Source: Candidatus Bathyarchaeota archaeon
Lineage (GTDB): Archaea > Thermoproteota > Bathyarchaeia > Bathyarchaeales > Bathycorpusculaceae
NCBI GenBank assembly: GCA_963720565.1
Contig: CAVRFW010000009.1
Coordinates: 192,001 to 256,000 of the forward strand
Direction of reading: 5' to 3'
Length of the DNA stretch: 64,000 nt
A program made the position numbers and the translations under genes. The notes below the pieces were generated by a model. The model made no database searches and had not been told where the DNA came from. It worked only from the letters and a program-made list of their open reading frames with translations. Of this stretch, positions 20,120 to 30,446 are shown piece by piece. Position 1 is the stretch's first letter. Every line of letters starts with the position of its first letter.

Positions 20120-20172
20120 TACGTCAACAACTTCAATGTTAGAAGAGGCTTATATGGAGGCTTTGCGTTCTG

Positions 20173-21237
20173 ATGCTGTCGCTTTCAAATAACGAATCGG
20201 CGAAGAAAAGTCTAGCCAGATACTTCGCCGTTGTGAGGAACGAGAAACCAGCAAGGTTCCTACTGGCTAAAAAGCTTTCAGCCGAGTTCAGCAAAGACGA
20301 TTCGATTGAAGAGCTTTGGGCAATCCACGCAAGATGCATCGAGGAGTTAGCTAGAATTGAACGGGAAACAGGCGAAGGGGCAGTTTTTCCTGAAAGCCAC
20401 ACTCCGGAAAAGTCCTTCTTTGACCTTAAGATCGAAATTGCAGGAAGGCTTTTTCAAGTGTGTCATTTCTGCAGTCGTAGATGTAACGTTGATAGATCCA
20501 AGGGTGAGGTTGGCTACTGTAGATGTGGCGACTCGATGGAGGTGTCCAGCATTTTTGGACATTTAGGTGAGGAACCGGAGCTTGTGCCATCTGGAACAGT
20601 ATTTACGCTTGGCTGCAATATGCGCTGTTGTTTCTGCCAAAACTGGACAATCAGCCAATGGGTGGAAACCGGAGCAAAACTAAAGCCAGAAGACTTAGCT
20701 ATGAACGTCGCGCGTTTGCGTTTGGAAGGTTGTAGAAACGTAAATCTTGTGGGTGGAGAGCCAACGCCATGGATTTTGCAATGGCTAAAAACCTTCAAGT
20801 ACGTTAACGAGAATTTGCCTATTGTCTGGAACTCTAACGCTTACTATAGTCCAGAAACAGCCGAGCTCTTAGCGGGTTTTGCAGACGTTTACCTCTTAGA
20901 TTTCAAGTACGGACCAGGAAATTGCGCTCAAAGAATCTCTAGCGCTCCTGACTACTGGTCAACCTGCACCGAAAACCATGCGAAAGCCAAGAAGAACGGA
21001 GAATTAATAACACGAGTTCTCGTCCTTCCAAATCATCTGGATTGTTGCACCAAAGCGACACTCAACTGGATAGCTGAAAACTTGGGTGATGAAACGAGAG
21101 TAAACCTCATGTTCCAATATAGACCAGAATGGCGCGCTAATACCTTACCGGAGTTAAACAGAAGACTTACCGAGAAGGAACGCAAGAAAGCGATAGAAAT
21201 AGCTCAAGAATCAGGGTTGAAGAACTTCATAAAATAG
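20173..21237 (+). CDS. Radical SAM protein, PflX-like
   Basis: CHFC...C, HLGEEPELVPSGT, CNMRCCFCQN and QYRP. Confidence 0.85.
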   Translation: MLSLSNNESAKKSLARYFAVVRNEKPARFLLAKKLSAEFSKDDSIEELWAIHARCIEELARIERETGEGAVFPESHTPEKSFFDLKIEIAGRLFQVCHFCSRRCNVDRSKGEVGYCRCGDSMEVSSIFGHLGEEPELVPSGTVFTLGCNMRCCFCQNWTISQWVETGAKLKPEDLAMNVARLRLEGCRNVNLVGGEPTPWILQWLKTFKYVNENLPIVWNSNAYYSPETAELLAGFADVYLLDFKYGPGNCAQRISSAPDYWSTCTENHAKAKKNGELITRVLVLPNHLDCCTKATLNWIAENLGDETRVNLMFQYRPEWRANTLPELNRRLTEKERKKAIEIAQESGLKNFIK

Positions 21238-21392
21238 TCCACGTCCAAAAATAATGACTGTACAGCCCAACAAGCAGCTATCCTATTACTGTTCGCCCGA
21301 GTATAATGAACACACTAATTTGACTCAGGAGCCAATTAAGCCTTTTATAATAATTGGCGCAAGAATGTGCTTCTGTGTAAGTGATTGTATCA

Positions 21393-22250
21393 ATGGTGAA
21401 GTATCATGCGCTGGCTGTAGCTACAAAATTCTGGAAGCCAGGGGACAATTACCTAGACATAATTATCACCGCCGTAGACAAAAAACTGGAAAACGGTGAC
21501 TTCGTGGTTGTTTCAGAAAAGGCTCTCTCAACCTCCATGGGCAGAATTGCTGATGAAAGCACCGTCAGCCCAAGCCTAACTGCGAGGCTTCTCTCTCGGT
21601 TGTGGATGCAAATAATGTGGGGATATATTCTCGGAGCACTATGCCACTTTGGACAACGTTTGCTGCAGAGGCTTAGGCGATACCCACTCGAATATGGAAG
21701 CCGCCACAAACAAGTCACGCTGCAAAACGCTGGATTTCTCCAGTCACTGATGTTTGGTTCTGAAGGGGGAATCGACGGCTCCAATCTGCCTTACTCTTAC
21801 GTCAGTTTACCCTTAACCGAAGCATCTTCAGTAGCGGAAACAATTCAGCGTCGAATCCTGCGAGATCTCAAAAAACGCGTTTGCGTTATAATAGTGGACA
21901 CGGACAAAACCTACACCTTCAGGAACTTCAATTTCACTCCGCGACCAAAACCGTTGAAAGGCATTCACTCTTCTGCAGCTGTAGCCGCGTATATCATTGG
22001 TCGCGCGTTAAGGTTTAAGAAGAGATCAACCCCTCTTGCTGTAGCTGGATGTCACCTGCAGGCAATAGACGCTTTGAGAATCTCCAACATCGCTGACAGG
22101 ATCAGAGGTCCTGGTTCAGGCGCGACGGTTTGGGACATGGCTTCAAGGTTTAACGTCTCTGTTACAGATGTAAGCTGGGAAATGCTTGAGAAAGTCTGCC
22201 ACAAACCCATAGTCATCGTGAGATATGAGTCAACTGATCAACAAAAGTAG
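21393..22250 (+). CDS. CofE-like (F420-0:gamma-glutamyl ligase family) protein
   Basis: VVSEKA, GGIDGSN, IVDTD and TPLAV motifs. Substrate uncertain. Confidence 0.7.
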   Translation: MVKYHALAVATKFWKPGDNYLDIIITAVDKKLENGDFVVVSEKALSTSMGRIADESTVSPSLTARLLSRLWMQIMWGYILGALCHFGQRLLQRLRRYPLEYGSRHKQVTLQNAGFLQSLMFGSEGGIDGSNLPYSYVSLPLTEASSVAETIQRRILRDLKKRVCVIIVDTDKTYTFRNFNFTPRPKPLKGIHSSAAVAAYIIGRALRFKKRSTPLAVAGCHLQAIDALRISNIADRIRGPGSGATVWDMASRFNVSVTDVSWEMLEKVCHKPIVIVRYESTDQQK

Positions 22251-22301
22251 CGACGGTGATAGAGCAAAGAATAAACCTACCTTAGCCATAAAGGAAACGC
22301 T

Positions 22302-23816
22302 GTGACACTTATGGAAGAAACGAAGGAACTAGGTTTCTTCTTCAACCCCTGCTCAGTTGCCGTGGTCGGGGCAACCAGAAAAGAAGAAAAAGCTGGAAAC
22401 GTGATTTTTAGGAATTTTGCGACAAACAAATGTCGCGGAATCTTCAAGGGAAACATTTATCCTGTAAACCCTAACGAGAACTCAATCCTCGGGTTCAAAT
22501 GTTACCCGACCCTAATCGACATTCCTGAAGAACTCGACCTCGTCGTAATCGCTGTCCCCGCAAAAGTTGTTCCAAAGATTATGGAAGAAGCTGCCTCAAA
22601 CAAAGCCAAGACTGCAATAATAATCACTTCAGGTTTTAGAGAAATCGGAAATATTGAACTCGAAGAGCAAATTGTCGCCACTGCTAAGAAAAGCGGAATC
22701 CGCATTCTTGGACCCAACTGCCTTGGCGTTTTTTACTCCAAAACAGGCGTAGACACGCTCTTTCTGCCCGAAACGAAGATGTTAACCTCGGGCGATGAAA
22801 TAATCGCAACGCCAAGACCGCTCTTCGGAGACATAACCATAGTCACGCAGAGTGGAGCCTTCGGCGTCGCTGCCCTAGACTTCCTTACAGGACGCCAGAT
22901 TGGAATCAGCAAATTCGTCAGTTTTGGCAACAAATGCGACGTAACAGAATCTGAAATGATGCACTACATGCTATACGACAAGGAGACTACCGTCATACTC
23001 CTATACGTGGAAGACATTAAACACGGAAGAGATTTTCTTCGATTAGCCAAGAAAGTAACCCTGAAAAAGCCAATAGTAGCCCTAAAAGCGGGAAGAAGCG
23101 CCGCGGGCGCCAGAGCTGCCTCCTCACACACAGGAGCAATTGCGGGGTCAGACAAGGTGTATGACGCTGCTTTTGAAAAAACAGGGGTCATCCGAGCGAG
23201 AGACATGGAAGAATTCTTCGACAATGGAAAAGCATTGTCTATGCAGCCCCCAGCAAAAGGAAAAAACATCGGAATACTCACAGACGCTGGCGGTCCGGGC
23301 ATAATGGCCGTAGACGAATGCGAAAATAACGGCTTGAAAGTAGAAAGCTTTTCAGAAGATACACTGCAGAAGTACCAGAAACTCAAAGACCAAGGTGTGC
23401 TGCCTAGATTTGCAGCTGCCTCCAATCCAGTTGACCTCACTGGTTCAGCGACCGATGAAATGTTCGAAGTAGCGGCGGAGTTGATGTTTCAGGCACCTGA
23501 AGTTGAGGGAATAATCCTACTTGGACTCCACCACCTGCCGTCTCTCCAAGAAAAATACATCGATGGCGTCGCGAAAGTGGCCTGCAACTACGACAAGCCC
23601 ATTGTAATGTGCGACATCGGCGAGACAGAAATGGCTTTGTATACTCGTTTCAGATTTGACAAGTTAGGCATTCCTTCTTTTCCTTCACCGGAAGACGCTG
23701 CAAGGGCCATGGCTGCGCTGGTGAAATATGGTGCTTACTTGAAGAAGAACGGGTGTCTCGACGAACACATAAGCGAATTCTTAAAGAGAAAAGCCAAGCC
23801 TAGTTTCCTATTCTAG
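22302..23816 (+). CDS. acdA: ADP-forming acetate/acyl-CoA ligase, alpha subunit
   Basis: CoA-binding domain, GPNCLG, QSGA, ASSHTGA phospho-His and NPVDLTG. Confidence 0.9.
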   Translation: MTLMEETKELGFFFNPCSVAVVGATRKEEKAGNVIFRNFATNKCRGIFKGNIYPVNPNENSILGFKCYPTLIDIPEELDLVVIAVPAKVVPKIMEEAASNKAKTAIIITSGFREIGNIELEEQIVATAKKSGIRILGPNCLGVFYSKTGVDTLFLPETKMLTSGDEIIATPRPLFGDITIVTQSGAFGVAALDFLTGRQIGISKFVSFGNKCDVTESEMMHYMLYDKETTVILLYVEDIKHGRDFLRLAKKVTLKKPIVALKAGRSAAGARAASSHTGAIAGSDKVYDAAFEKTGVIRARDMEEFFDNGKALSMQPPAKGKNIGILTDAGGPGIMAVDECENNGLKVESFSEDTLQKYQKLKDQGVLPRFAAASNPVDLTGSATDEMFEVAAELMFQAPEVEGIILLGLHHLPSLQEKYIDGVAKVACNYDKPIVMCDIGETEMALYTRFRFDKLGIPSFPSPEDAARAMAALVKYGAYLKKNGCLDEHISEFLKRKAKPSFLF

Positions 23817-24274
23817 AAATCAACAGTAACTGTAATACTGTTGCCATCTCGGAGCTTCAACTTCTCCCTCAGGTTTTCAGCGGCTATAATCTCTAAGCAG
23901 TCTTCGGGATAATTGGTTACTTCTGGAATTATAATTGCGCATTTCAGTTTGCCCAGTTGCGCTTTGTAGAGCATTCCGCTGGAATAGCCTTCGACAGGGC
24001 AAATTTCTGTCGAAGATACTGTTTCAAGCAGTTTTTTGCGTTTTGTACTTTCTTCCGAAAGAATCAGGTTCAGGGTCCCTGGGTAGGGAGCAAAGCAGAG
24101 TTTTTCTTCGATTTGATGTCTGACCCATGGTAGCGACACGAATTTTTCGCCCTCTCTTGCTCCCGAGAAAATTTTGCCCGTGAGTTTTATTCTCTTCAAC
24201 AAGGGAGAAAGCCCCTGAGAAATCATTGGTTTGCGTTCTTGTTCATGAATTGCTATTTTTGTTCTTTTAGCCAC
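23813..24274 (-). CDS. ribK: CTP-dependent riboflavin kinase (no HTH domain)
   Basis: SG..EG, PYPGTLN and LEIIA..LR..L.L.DG. True start probably further downstream. Confidence 0.88.
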   Translation of the reverse strand: MAKRTKIAIHEQERKPMISQGLSPLLKRIKLTGKIFSGAREGEKFVSLPWVRHQIEEKLCFAPYPGTLNLILSEESTKRKKLLETVSSTEICPVEGYSSGMLYKAQLGKLKCAIIIPEVTNYPEDCLEIIAAENLREKLKLRDGNSITVTVDF

Positions 24275-24621
24275 TGTGCGACTTTTCTTAGAACGGGATC
24301 AGTGGATATGTCAATAACAGGGACAATCATTTTTTCTTTGGTTTCTATTGTTGGAGCGTACTTTGGCATAATTGAGTAACCAACAAACGTCCAGTAGACT
24401 CTGCCTGTCTCAATCAGCATCTTTGCGACTGTTGCTGTCGAAGCGGGAAGCGGAAAATAGAGAAAAACGACACCGTCTACCCAATAAAGTCCAGCTAATT
24501 TGCCGCCGGCGATTACGGATGTGAAGCGGGCAATATCATCGGGTGTGGGAAATTGGGTTTTTTCCATTATGACAATTTCTTTGAAGGGTTCATATTTGAC
24601 CGAGACTTCGTTTTTGTTCAT
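24253..24621 (-). CDS. Hypothetical protein
   Basis: Well-formed 122 aa ORF with GGTGA upstream; no motif recognised. Confidence 0.65.
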   Translation of the reverse strand: MNKNEVSVKYEPFKEIVIMEKTQFPTPDDIARFTSVIAGGKLAGLYWVDGVVFLYFPLPASTATVAKMLIETGRVYWTFVGYSIMPKYAPTIETKEKMIVPVIDISTDPVLRKVAQWLKEQK

Positions 24622-24737
24622 AAACCGTTCACCGAGCTACCGTGATAGTGTGCGGAGTTCCCTTTTAATATTATTGTCTTCTAGAAAAAGTTATAGAGCA
24701 GACAACCATTAAGCCTTGAACAACAGAGGTTAACGGC

Positions 24738-25817
24738 ATGCCCGAAATTCGTGTAGCACTCGTAGGCGTAGGCAACAGTGCCTCCGCACTCATTCAGGGA
24801 ACACAATATTACAAGGATGCGAAAGAAGACACCACTGTTCCCGGACTCATGCACGTAAACTTCGGCGGATACCATATCCGAGACATAAGATTTGTTGCCG
24901 CCTTTGAAGTTAACCGAGACAAGATTGGTAAAGACCTCTCGGAAGCTATTTTTACTAAGCCAAACTGCGCTGTCAAGTTTGCAGATGTCCCCAATTTGGG
25001 CGTAAAAGTTTCTCCCGCACCAATAATGGATGGCGTTGCAAAACACATGGAGAAAGTCTTCAACATCTACGATGAGAAGAAGGAGGGTAGCGCCGACGTG
25101 GTTAAGGTTTTGAAAGAAGCAAAAGCTGAAGTGCTCGTGAACTATCTGCCTGTTGGCAGCCGAGAAGCAACGCGGTTTTACGCCCGAGCTGCGATGGATG
25201 CCGGATGTGCTTTTGTGAATTGCATGCCAGAGTTCATCGGTTCAAACACTGAATGGGCAAAAAAATTCGAAGAAGCTGGATTGCCCGTGCTAGGTGATGA
25301 CATCAAAAGTCAAGTTGGCGCCACAATTTTGCACAGGAACCTTGTTCGACTCTGCATAGACAGGGGCGTGATTATTGATGAAACCTATCAGCTTAACTTA
25401 GGCGGAGACACTGACTTCTTAAATATGACTGTTGAAGAACGGCTACACACGAAACGAATAAGCAAAACTGAGGCGGTTACAAGTCTGGTGCCCTATGAGT
25501 TACCGACTAGGATTGGACCATCCGATTACGTGCATTTCCTTAACAACAAGAAAATATGCTATATTACACTTAAAGGCAGGAAATTCGGTGACCGACCAAT
25601 AACGATAAACGTAAAACTTGAAGTTGAAGACTCGCCAAACAGCGGGGGAGTAGTCATCGATTTGATACGTGCAGCCAAGATAGCTTTAGACAGAAAAATA
25701 TCTGGATCATTACTAAGCATGCCTTCTTATGCGTTTAAACATCCGCCGATTCAGGTGCCTGACTCTCAAGCTAAACAATGGACTGAAGACTGGATCATGG
25801 GAAAAAGAGAACGCTAA
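24738..25817 (+). CDS. ino1: myo-Inositol-1-phosphate synthase
   Basis: GVGN, YLPVGS, GDDIKSQVGAT, GG.TDFLNM and EDSPNS. Confidence 0.96.
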   Translation: MPEIRVALVGVGNSASALIQGTQYYKDAKEDTTVPGLMHVNFGGYHIRDIRFVAAFEVNRDKIGKDLSEAIFTKPNCAVKFADVPNLGVKVSPAPIMDGVAKHMEKVFNIYDEKKEGSADVVKVLKEAKAEVLVNYLPVGSREATRFYARAAMDAGCAFVNCMPEFIGSNTEWAKKFEEAGLPVLGDDIKSQVGATILHRNLVRLCIDRGVIIDETYQLNLGGDTDFLNMTVEERLHTKRISKTEAVTSLVPYELPTRIGPSDYVHFLNNKKICYITLKGRKFGDRPITINVKLEVEDSPNSGGVVIDLIRAAKIALDRKISGSLLSMPSYAFKHPPIQVPDSQAKQWTEDWIMGKRER

Positions 25818-25912
25818 ACATCCACGAATGGATATCAAGAAACGAAGCGTTTCTATGAAACCTTTTAAAGGTCGAGATTCAAAGACTATTCCGAGTTTAG
25901 AGGTGCAAATGC

Positions 25913-26323
25913 ATGGTGAAAGTTGATAAGTATGAAGTGCCAGAAGGTCTTTACTACTCCAAAGAGTTTTCTTGGATAAAAATCGAAGACGACAAGGTCC
26001 GCATGGGCATAACCGACTACGCACAACAACAGCTCAGGGAAATAGTCTACGCCGAATTGCCTGAAGCGGGAACAGAGGTAAAGCAGAACGAACCATACGG
26101 TACTGTGGAGTCAGTAAAAGCCGTTTCCGACTTGGTCGCAGCTGTGAGCGGAACGGTGGAAGAAGTCAACTCTGAAGCACAGTCCAAGCCTGAGATTCTT
26201 AACGAGTCCCCATTTGAAAATGGCTGGCTTGTAATTGTCAAGCCTTCAAATCTGCAAGCTGAACTGCCGAACTTGATGAATTTTGATCAAGCTGTCGAAT
26301 GGCACAAAAACCAAGGAAAATGA
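25913..26323 (+). CDS. gcvH: Lipoyl carrier, glycine cleavage H protein
   Basis: GITDYAQ, VESVKAVS (lipoyl Lys) and N.SP...GW. Confidence 0.93.
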   Translation: MVKVDKYEVPEGLYYSKEFSWIKIEDDKVRMGITDYAQQQLREIVYAELPEAGTEVKQNEPYGTVESVKAVSDLVAAVSGTVEEVNSEAQSKPEILNESPFENGWLVIVKPSNLQAELPNLMNFDQAVEWHKNQGK

Positions 26324-26334
26324 AGGAAGCCTCG

Positions 26335-27681
26335 ATGGTCAAGCGCATAGTAATAATCGGCGCCAACGCTGCAGGCGTTGAAGCTGCCTCAGCAGCGCGA
26401 AAAAAGGACCGTACAGCAGAGATTACACTTATAACTCAGGAAAAAACAGCCGGATACTCACGATGTGGCCTTCCATTCGTTATAGGCGGTCAGATACCAA
26501 ATTTCAAGGACTTGATAGTTTACCCGTCCGCATACTTCCAGATGCTGAAACTGATCTTGAAGAATGAAACAAAAGTCACAGCCATAAACACGAAAGAGAA
26601 GACAATCATAGCCATTGACAAGTCAGGCAACACTGAAACCCAGCAATACGACAGCCTGATAATAGCCACTGGAGCCGACGCCTTCATGCCACCGATAAAA
26701 GGAAGAGAGAAACAGGGAATTCTCTCTTTGCGAAACTTGGAAGACGGAGATAAAATACTGCAGGCCGTCCAAAATGGAGCTAAATCCGCTGTCATAATGG
26801 GCGCTGGTCTTATCGGGTTGGAAACAGGCGTAGCTTTGATCGAGAGAGGCCTGAAAGTAACCGTCGTGGAAATGTTGCCCCAGATTTTGCCCCAGATGCT
26901 GGACGCGGACATGGCTAAGCAGGTTCAGGAGCATCTGGTGGAGAAAGGCATGAGCATTCTAACTGGGAAAACAGTCGAAGAGTTTCTAGGTGACGACAAA
27001 GTAACTGGCATAATAGCAGGCGGAGAAAAAATTGAGGCAGACCTGTTCATAAGCGCCTTCGGCGTGCGAGCAAACACGAAACTGGCAGTTGACGCTGGAA
27101 TACCCTTGGGTGAAAGCCGCGCTATAAAAACCAACGCAAGAATGGAAACTGAAGTTAGAGACATATACGCCATCGGCGACTGCGCAGAAGCTCCCAACAT
27201 AATCACACACAGGCAGACGTGCGCTCAGCTTGGAACAGTCGCTGTTAGGCAGGGAAAGGTTGCTGGAATAAACTCTGCAGGAGAATACGCGCAGTTTGCC
27301 GGAGTCTTGGGATCCGCCGTAACACGGTTATTCGAGATTGAAGCTGGAGTAGTAGGCTTAACTGAAGCTTCAGCTGCTAAAGCCAGAATAGATGTAGTTA
27401 CTGGAGCCATCAGCTCCAAAACAAAGGCAGATTATTATCCTAATGCCAAACCTGTGAAGGTCAAGTTAATCGTCGAAAAAGAGTCACAGCGCATAATTGG
27501 CGCCCAAGTGGTCGGCGGTGAAGAAGTTACCCAACGCATAAACGCGGTAAGTTTTGCCATACAGAAGCAGATGACGATTCGAGAGCTCGCTAAAGCAGAC
27601 ACGGCTTATGCTCCCCCTCTGAATGAGACTTGGGAGCCCCTAGTGTTGGCTGCTGAAATGGTTCTTATGAAATTGCGTTAA
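26335..27681 (+). CDS. FAD-dependent pyridine nucleotide-disulfide oxidoreductase, Nox/CoA-disulfide reductase family
   Basis: GANAAG, single redox Cys in YSRCGLP, ATG, GAGLIGLE, AIGDC and YAPP. Confidence 0.88.
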   Translation: MVKRIVIIGANAAGVEAASAARKKDRTAEITLITQEKTAGYSRCGLPFVIGGQIPNFKDLIVYPSAYFQMLKLILKNETKVTAINTKEKTIIAIDKSGNTETQQYDSLIIATGADAFMPPIKGREKQGILSLRNLEDGDKILQAVQNGAKSAVIMGAGLIGLETGVALIERGLKVTVVEMLPQILPQMLDADMAKQVQEHLVEKGMSILTGKTVEEFLGDDKVTGIIAGGEKIEADLFISAFGVRANTKLAVDAGIPLGESRAIKTNARMETEVRDIYAIGDCAEAPNIITHRQTCAQLGTVAVRQGKVAGINSAGEYAQFAGVLGSAVTRLFEIEAGVVGLTEASAAKARIDVVTGAISSKTKADYYPNAKPVKVKLIVEKESQRIIGAQVVGGEEVTQRINAVSFAIQKQMTIRELAKADTAYAPPLNETWEPLVLAAEMVLMKLR

Positions 27682-27754
27682 GCAAGCCTTTTCTTCTTTT
27701 TTCCTCATCTTGAGCGTACCAGAAAAAATCGTAGTAGGAAGAACTCTATTTCTC

Positions 27755-28210
27755 TCATAGTCCTGGTTGCGTGAACGGGCTTGTCATTCCGACTAGAAGC
27801 TTGCCAAAAGTGTCGATATGCGTTTCTTCTTCACTGAGAATTTCTTCAAGCAAACGCCTTGTAGTAAAATCGCCTTCTTCGCTAGCAACTTGCAGGGCTC
27901 GCTTGTACAGAACAATTGATTCTTCCTCGTCTTGCTCGTCCTGCTTCAGCATTTCGATTAAGCTACCGCCAACGAATATGGGGTCTGGTTTGCTTGTTGG
28001 CACTCCATTTAGGTAATTAAGTCTCTCAGCTAGTTTCTCGGCATGCTTCATTTCAGTGATGGAAATTTTTCTAAAAATGTCTTTGACTACTGCTCCATCC
28101 AGTCCGGTTACCTGGACATGTTGCCACATATACTGTATGCTTACCTGCAATTCCTTAGCAATGCCTTTGTTCAAGAGGTCTAACAATTTCTCAGAAGCCA
28201 AAGGAATCAC
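27755..28210 (-). CDS. Bacterioferritin-like di-iron protein
   Basis: KEL...QY..H, EMKH, E..I..Y and EETH ferroxidase pattern. Confidence 0.82.
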   Translation of the reverse strand: MIPLASEKLLDLLNKGIAKELQVSIQYMWQHVQVTGLDGAVVKDIFRKISITEMKHAEKLAERLNYLNGVPTSKPDPIFVGGSLIEMLKQDEQDEEESIVLYKRALQVASEEGDFTTRRLLEEILSEEETHIDTFGKLLVGMTSPFTQPGL

Positions 28211-28342
28211 CCATAAACGATAGATTAGAATACGAATGAACGCTATTTAAAATGTGTTCCATTCCCGCCTAGGGAACGGATATTTCTGGGTTATAAACTC
28301 TCCACATGAAGGGATCAGGTGCTGATAATAAAGAAGTATTTG

Positions 28343-29551
28343 TTATGCCCAGAAGCTTTTTGAATATTCGCCTAAAACGCCCTCGTATATCTTCTTTGTC
28401 TGTTGCGCAATCTTTTCCCAATCGTACTTGTCCAGTATCTTCCTGTAGGCGTTTTCTACAAGGTTCTTCTTGTAGTTCTCATCTGTTAAAACTTTGACTA
28501 TTCCCCACGCCAGAGACTCAGGATTGTTCGGGTAAACCTTAACTCCTGTCCAATCATGATCTACGATTTCAGACAAACCACCTGTGTCTGAAACTACGAC
28601 GGGGCTCTTCGCTGCCATAGCTTCTAATGCAACTATGCCGAAAGGCTCAAAGAGTGAAGGTACAACCGAAACATCTGCGCATCTCTGAAGTCTGAGCAAT
28701 GTCGCATCGTCTGTGAATCCTGCAAAAAGCACTTTGTGCTCCATTTTCATGCTTCGCACTATGTTCAGGACCTGTTCTTTCATGTAGCCGCTTCCAACAA
28801 TAATGAATTTGGCATTGACCTTCTCTAGCACCTTAGGTACAGCATTAACCAAGACGTGAACTCCCTTCTCGTAAACTAGTCGTCCCACAAAAAGTACGAT
28901 CTTCTCTTCAGGCATAGCCCACCTTCTACGGAATGCTCCTAAATCCTCTTTTTGGAAGTCGCCAAAGACATGAGGCTTAACACCATTCGGAACCATAACT
29001 AGTTTATCTTGGGGAAGCCCAAAAGCCCATCGTACGTGCGAGACCATATACTCGCTGCAGCAGATCACTTTCCACGCCTCGTAAGTCAACCAAGCTTCTG
29101 TTTCGCTAATCATTTTCTCCGTATCTGTGTGGATTCCGTCCCTACGCCCAATCTCGGTCGAATGCATAGTAACCAGAAGCGGTTTCCTAAATACATGTTT
29201 CAGACCAATACCACAAGTGGCCACAAGCCAATCGTGAGCATGAAAGACATCAATCCCGCCAGGCAACTTTCTAGCTAACGCCGCCGCCTCTTTTTCCATG
29301 TTCAGGTTCATCAGATAAACCCAAGTTGCAAAATCCGGAGAGGGGTTCTTGTAGGAATCCACCCGATAAACCTCCACATCATCTATGACCTCGTGTGCAG
29401 GTGCGTCGGGAAAATCACATGTTATTACGTAAACTTTAACTCCTTTTTGGGCTAGGCTTTTGGAGAGGAAAAAGACATGAGGGGAAATTCCGCCTATAAC
29501 TCTGGGCGGAAACTCCCAACTTAGCATCATAACGCTCAACTCGTGTTTCAT
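28343..29551 (-). CDS. GT4 glycosyltransferase, glycogen-related
   Basis: SWEFPP..IGG, HAHDW, GRLVYEKG and EPFGIVALEAM. Confidence 0.92.
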   Translation of the reverse strand: MKHELSVMMLSWEFPPRVIGGISPHVFFLSKSLAQKGVKVYVITCDFPDAPAHEVIDDVEVYRVDSYKNPSPDFATWVYLMNLNMEKEAAALARKLPGGIDVFHAHDWLVATCGIGLKHVFRKPLLVTMHSTEIGRRDGIHTDTEKMISETEAWLTYEAWKVICCSEYMVSHVRWAFGLPQDKLVMVPNGVKPHVFGDFQKEDLGAFRRRWAMPEEKIVLFVGRLVYEKGVHVLVNAVPKVLEKVNAKFIIVGSGYMKEQVLNIVRSMKMEHKVLFAGFTDDATLLRLQRCADVSVVPSLFEPFGIVALEAMAAKSPVVVSDTGGLSEIVDHDWTGVKVYPNNPESLAWGIVKVLTDENYKKNLVENAYRKILDKYDWEKIAQQTKKIYEGVLGEYSKSFWA

Positions 29552-30183
29552 TTGTTTTTCAAGCCTCCGGATACTGCGCCGTATAGTGACAAAACTTCTT
29601 TCACCCAGGAGTTCGTATTAGGCTTGACAACCACTATTTTATCTCTCGGAACTTTGTATATCCTGATAATTTCATCGCGGATCCACTCTGTTTTTACGCT
29701 TATCTTTTTTGCTTCATAGAAGCCAAGCCACTCGATGCTTCTGATAGCCATGCTGTAGGGTGTGTTCGCTGCTGGAGAGCGATGGTCTTCAAGGCTTTCC
29801 ACTGAATAAACAAACGGTAAACCCAATCCGGTTTTCAAAATCACAGCAGCAGGCACGAAATGCCAGTCATATACATCAATAAGGTCGATCTGCCGGTTGG
29901 TGTTGAAGTAGATATTGGCTGCAACTCTCTCTACCTCTTGATTCAGGGTTAGAACCCATGTTAGTACGCCGATGTGAGTGCGAACAGGGTTGGAAACCCT
30001 AAAAACTTTCGTTCCGTTCGATTCTTCAGTTAAACCTGTCAGGAAGTCATGATATGTAACTAAATACGTTTCCACTTTATTCTTGACGAGTTGAGTTGTT
30101 AGCGCGCTTGTATATTCTGCAAGTCGGCCTACCACGCGTGGCGGGTATTCCCACGACAAAATCATAACGCGCATCAATTTCAC
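29548..30183 (-). CDS. GT4 N-terminal-domain-only protein
   Basis: SWEYPPRVVG start and parallel similarity to the adjacent GT4; lacks the GR..KG and EPFG domain. Confidence 0.75.
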   Translation of the reverse strand: MKLMRVMILSWEYPPRVVGRLAEYTSALTTQLVKNKVETYLVTYHDFLTGLTEESNGTKVFRVSNPVRTHIGVLTWVLTLNQEVERVAANIYFNTNRQIDLIDVYDWHFVPAAVILKTGLGLPFVYSVESLEDHRSPAANTPYSMAIRSIEWLGFYEAKKISVKTEWIRDEIIRIYKVPRDKIVVVKPNTNSWVKEVLSLYGAVSGGLKNK

Positions 30184-30446
30184 TACGTGAAAAGCGAGCA
30201 GACTTTAATTATTCCTCTTCCGTTTAGATAATAACGTTTTTTGCCTTCATTGTCATAGAAGCTTTCAGCGAAGCCCTCTGACTTATAGGTATCGAGGATG
30301 TTTTCGATTTCTGCTGGATCTCGTTGGAGAATCTGCGCTACATCGTCACCTCTTCTTGACAGGTCAGCTGCGGTCGCACATAAGTTATGTAGAGTCTGCA
30401 GGACTTTGTCCGGGAATGGAAGTTCTTCTCTCATATTTTGAGGCAC
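30183..30446 (-). CDS. Small winged-helix protein
   Basis: Helix-turn-helix followed by a wing ending KRYYL..RG. Confidence 0.6.
   Translation of the reverse strand: MPQNMREELPFPDKVLQTLHNLCATAADLSRRGDDVAQILQRDPAEIENILDTYKSEGFAESFYDNEGKKRYYLNGRGIIKVCSLFT

Noticed and set aside
20144..20192. AGAGG-led ATG at 20154 opening a 12-aa ORF out of frame with the PflX-like gene, hinting at a second frameshift
   Set aside because: An in-frame ATG exists at 20173; this cannot be decided without a homologue alignment or reads.
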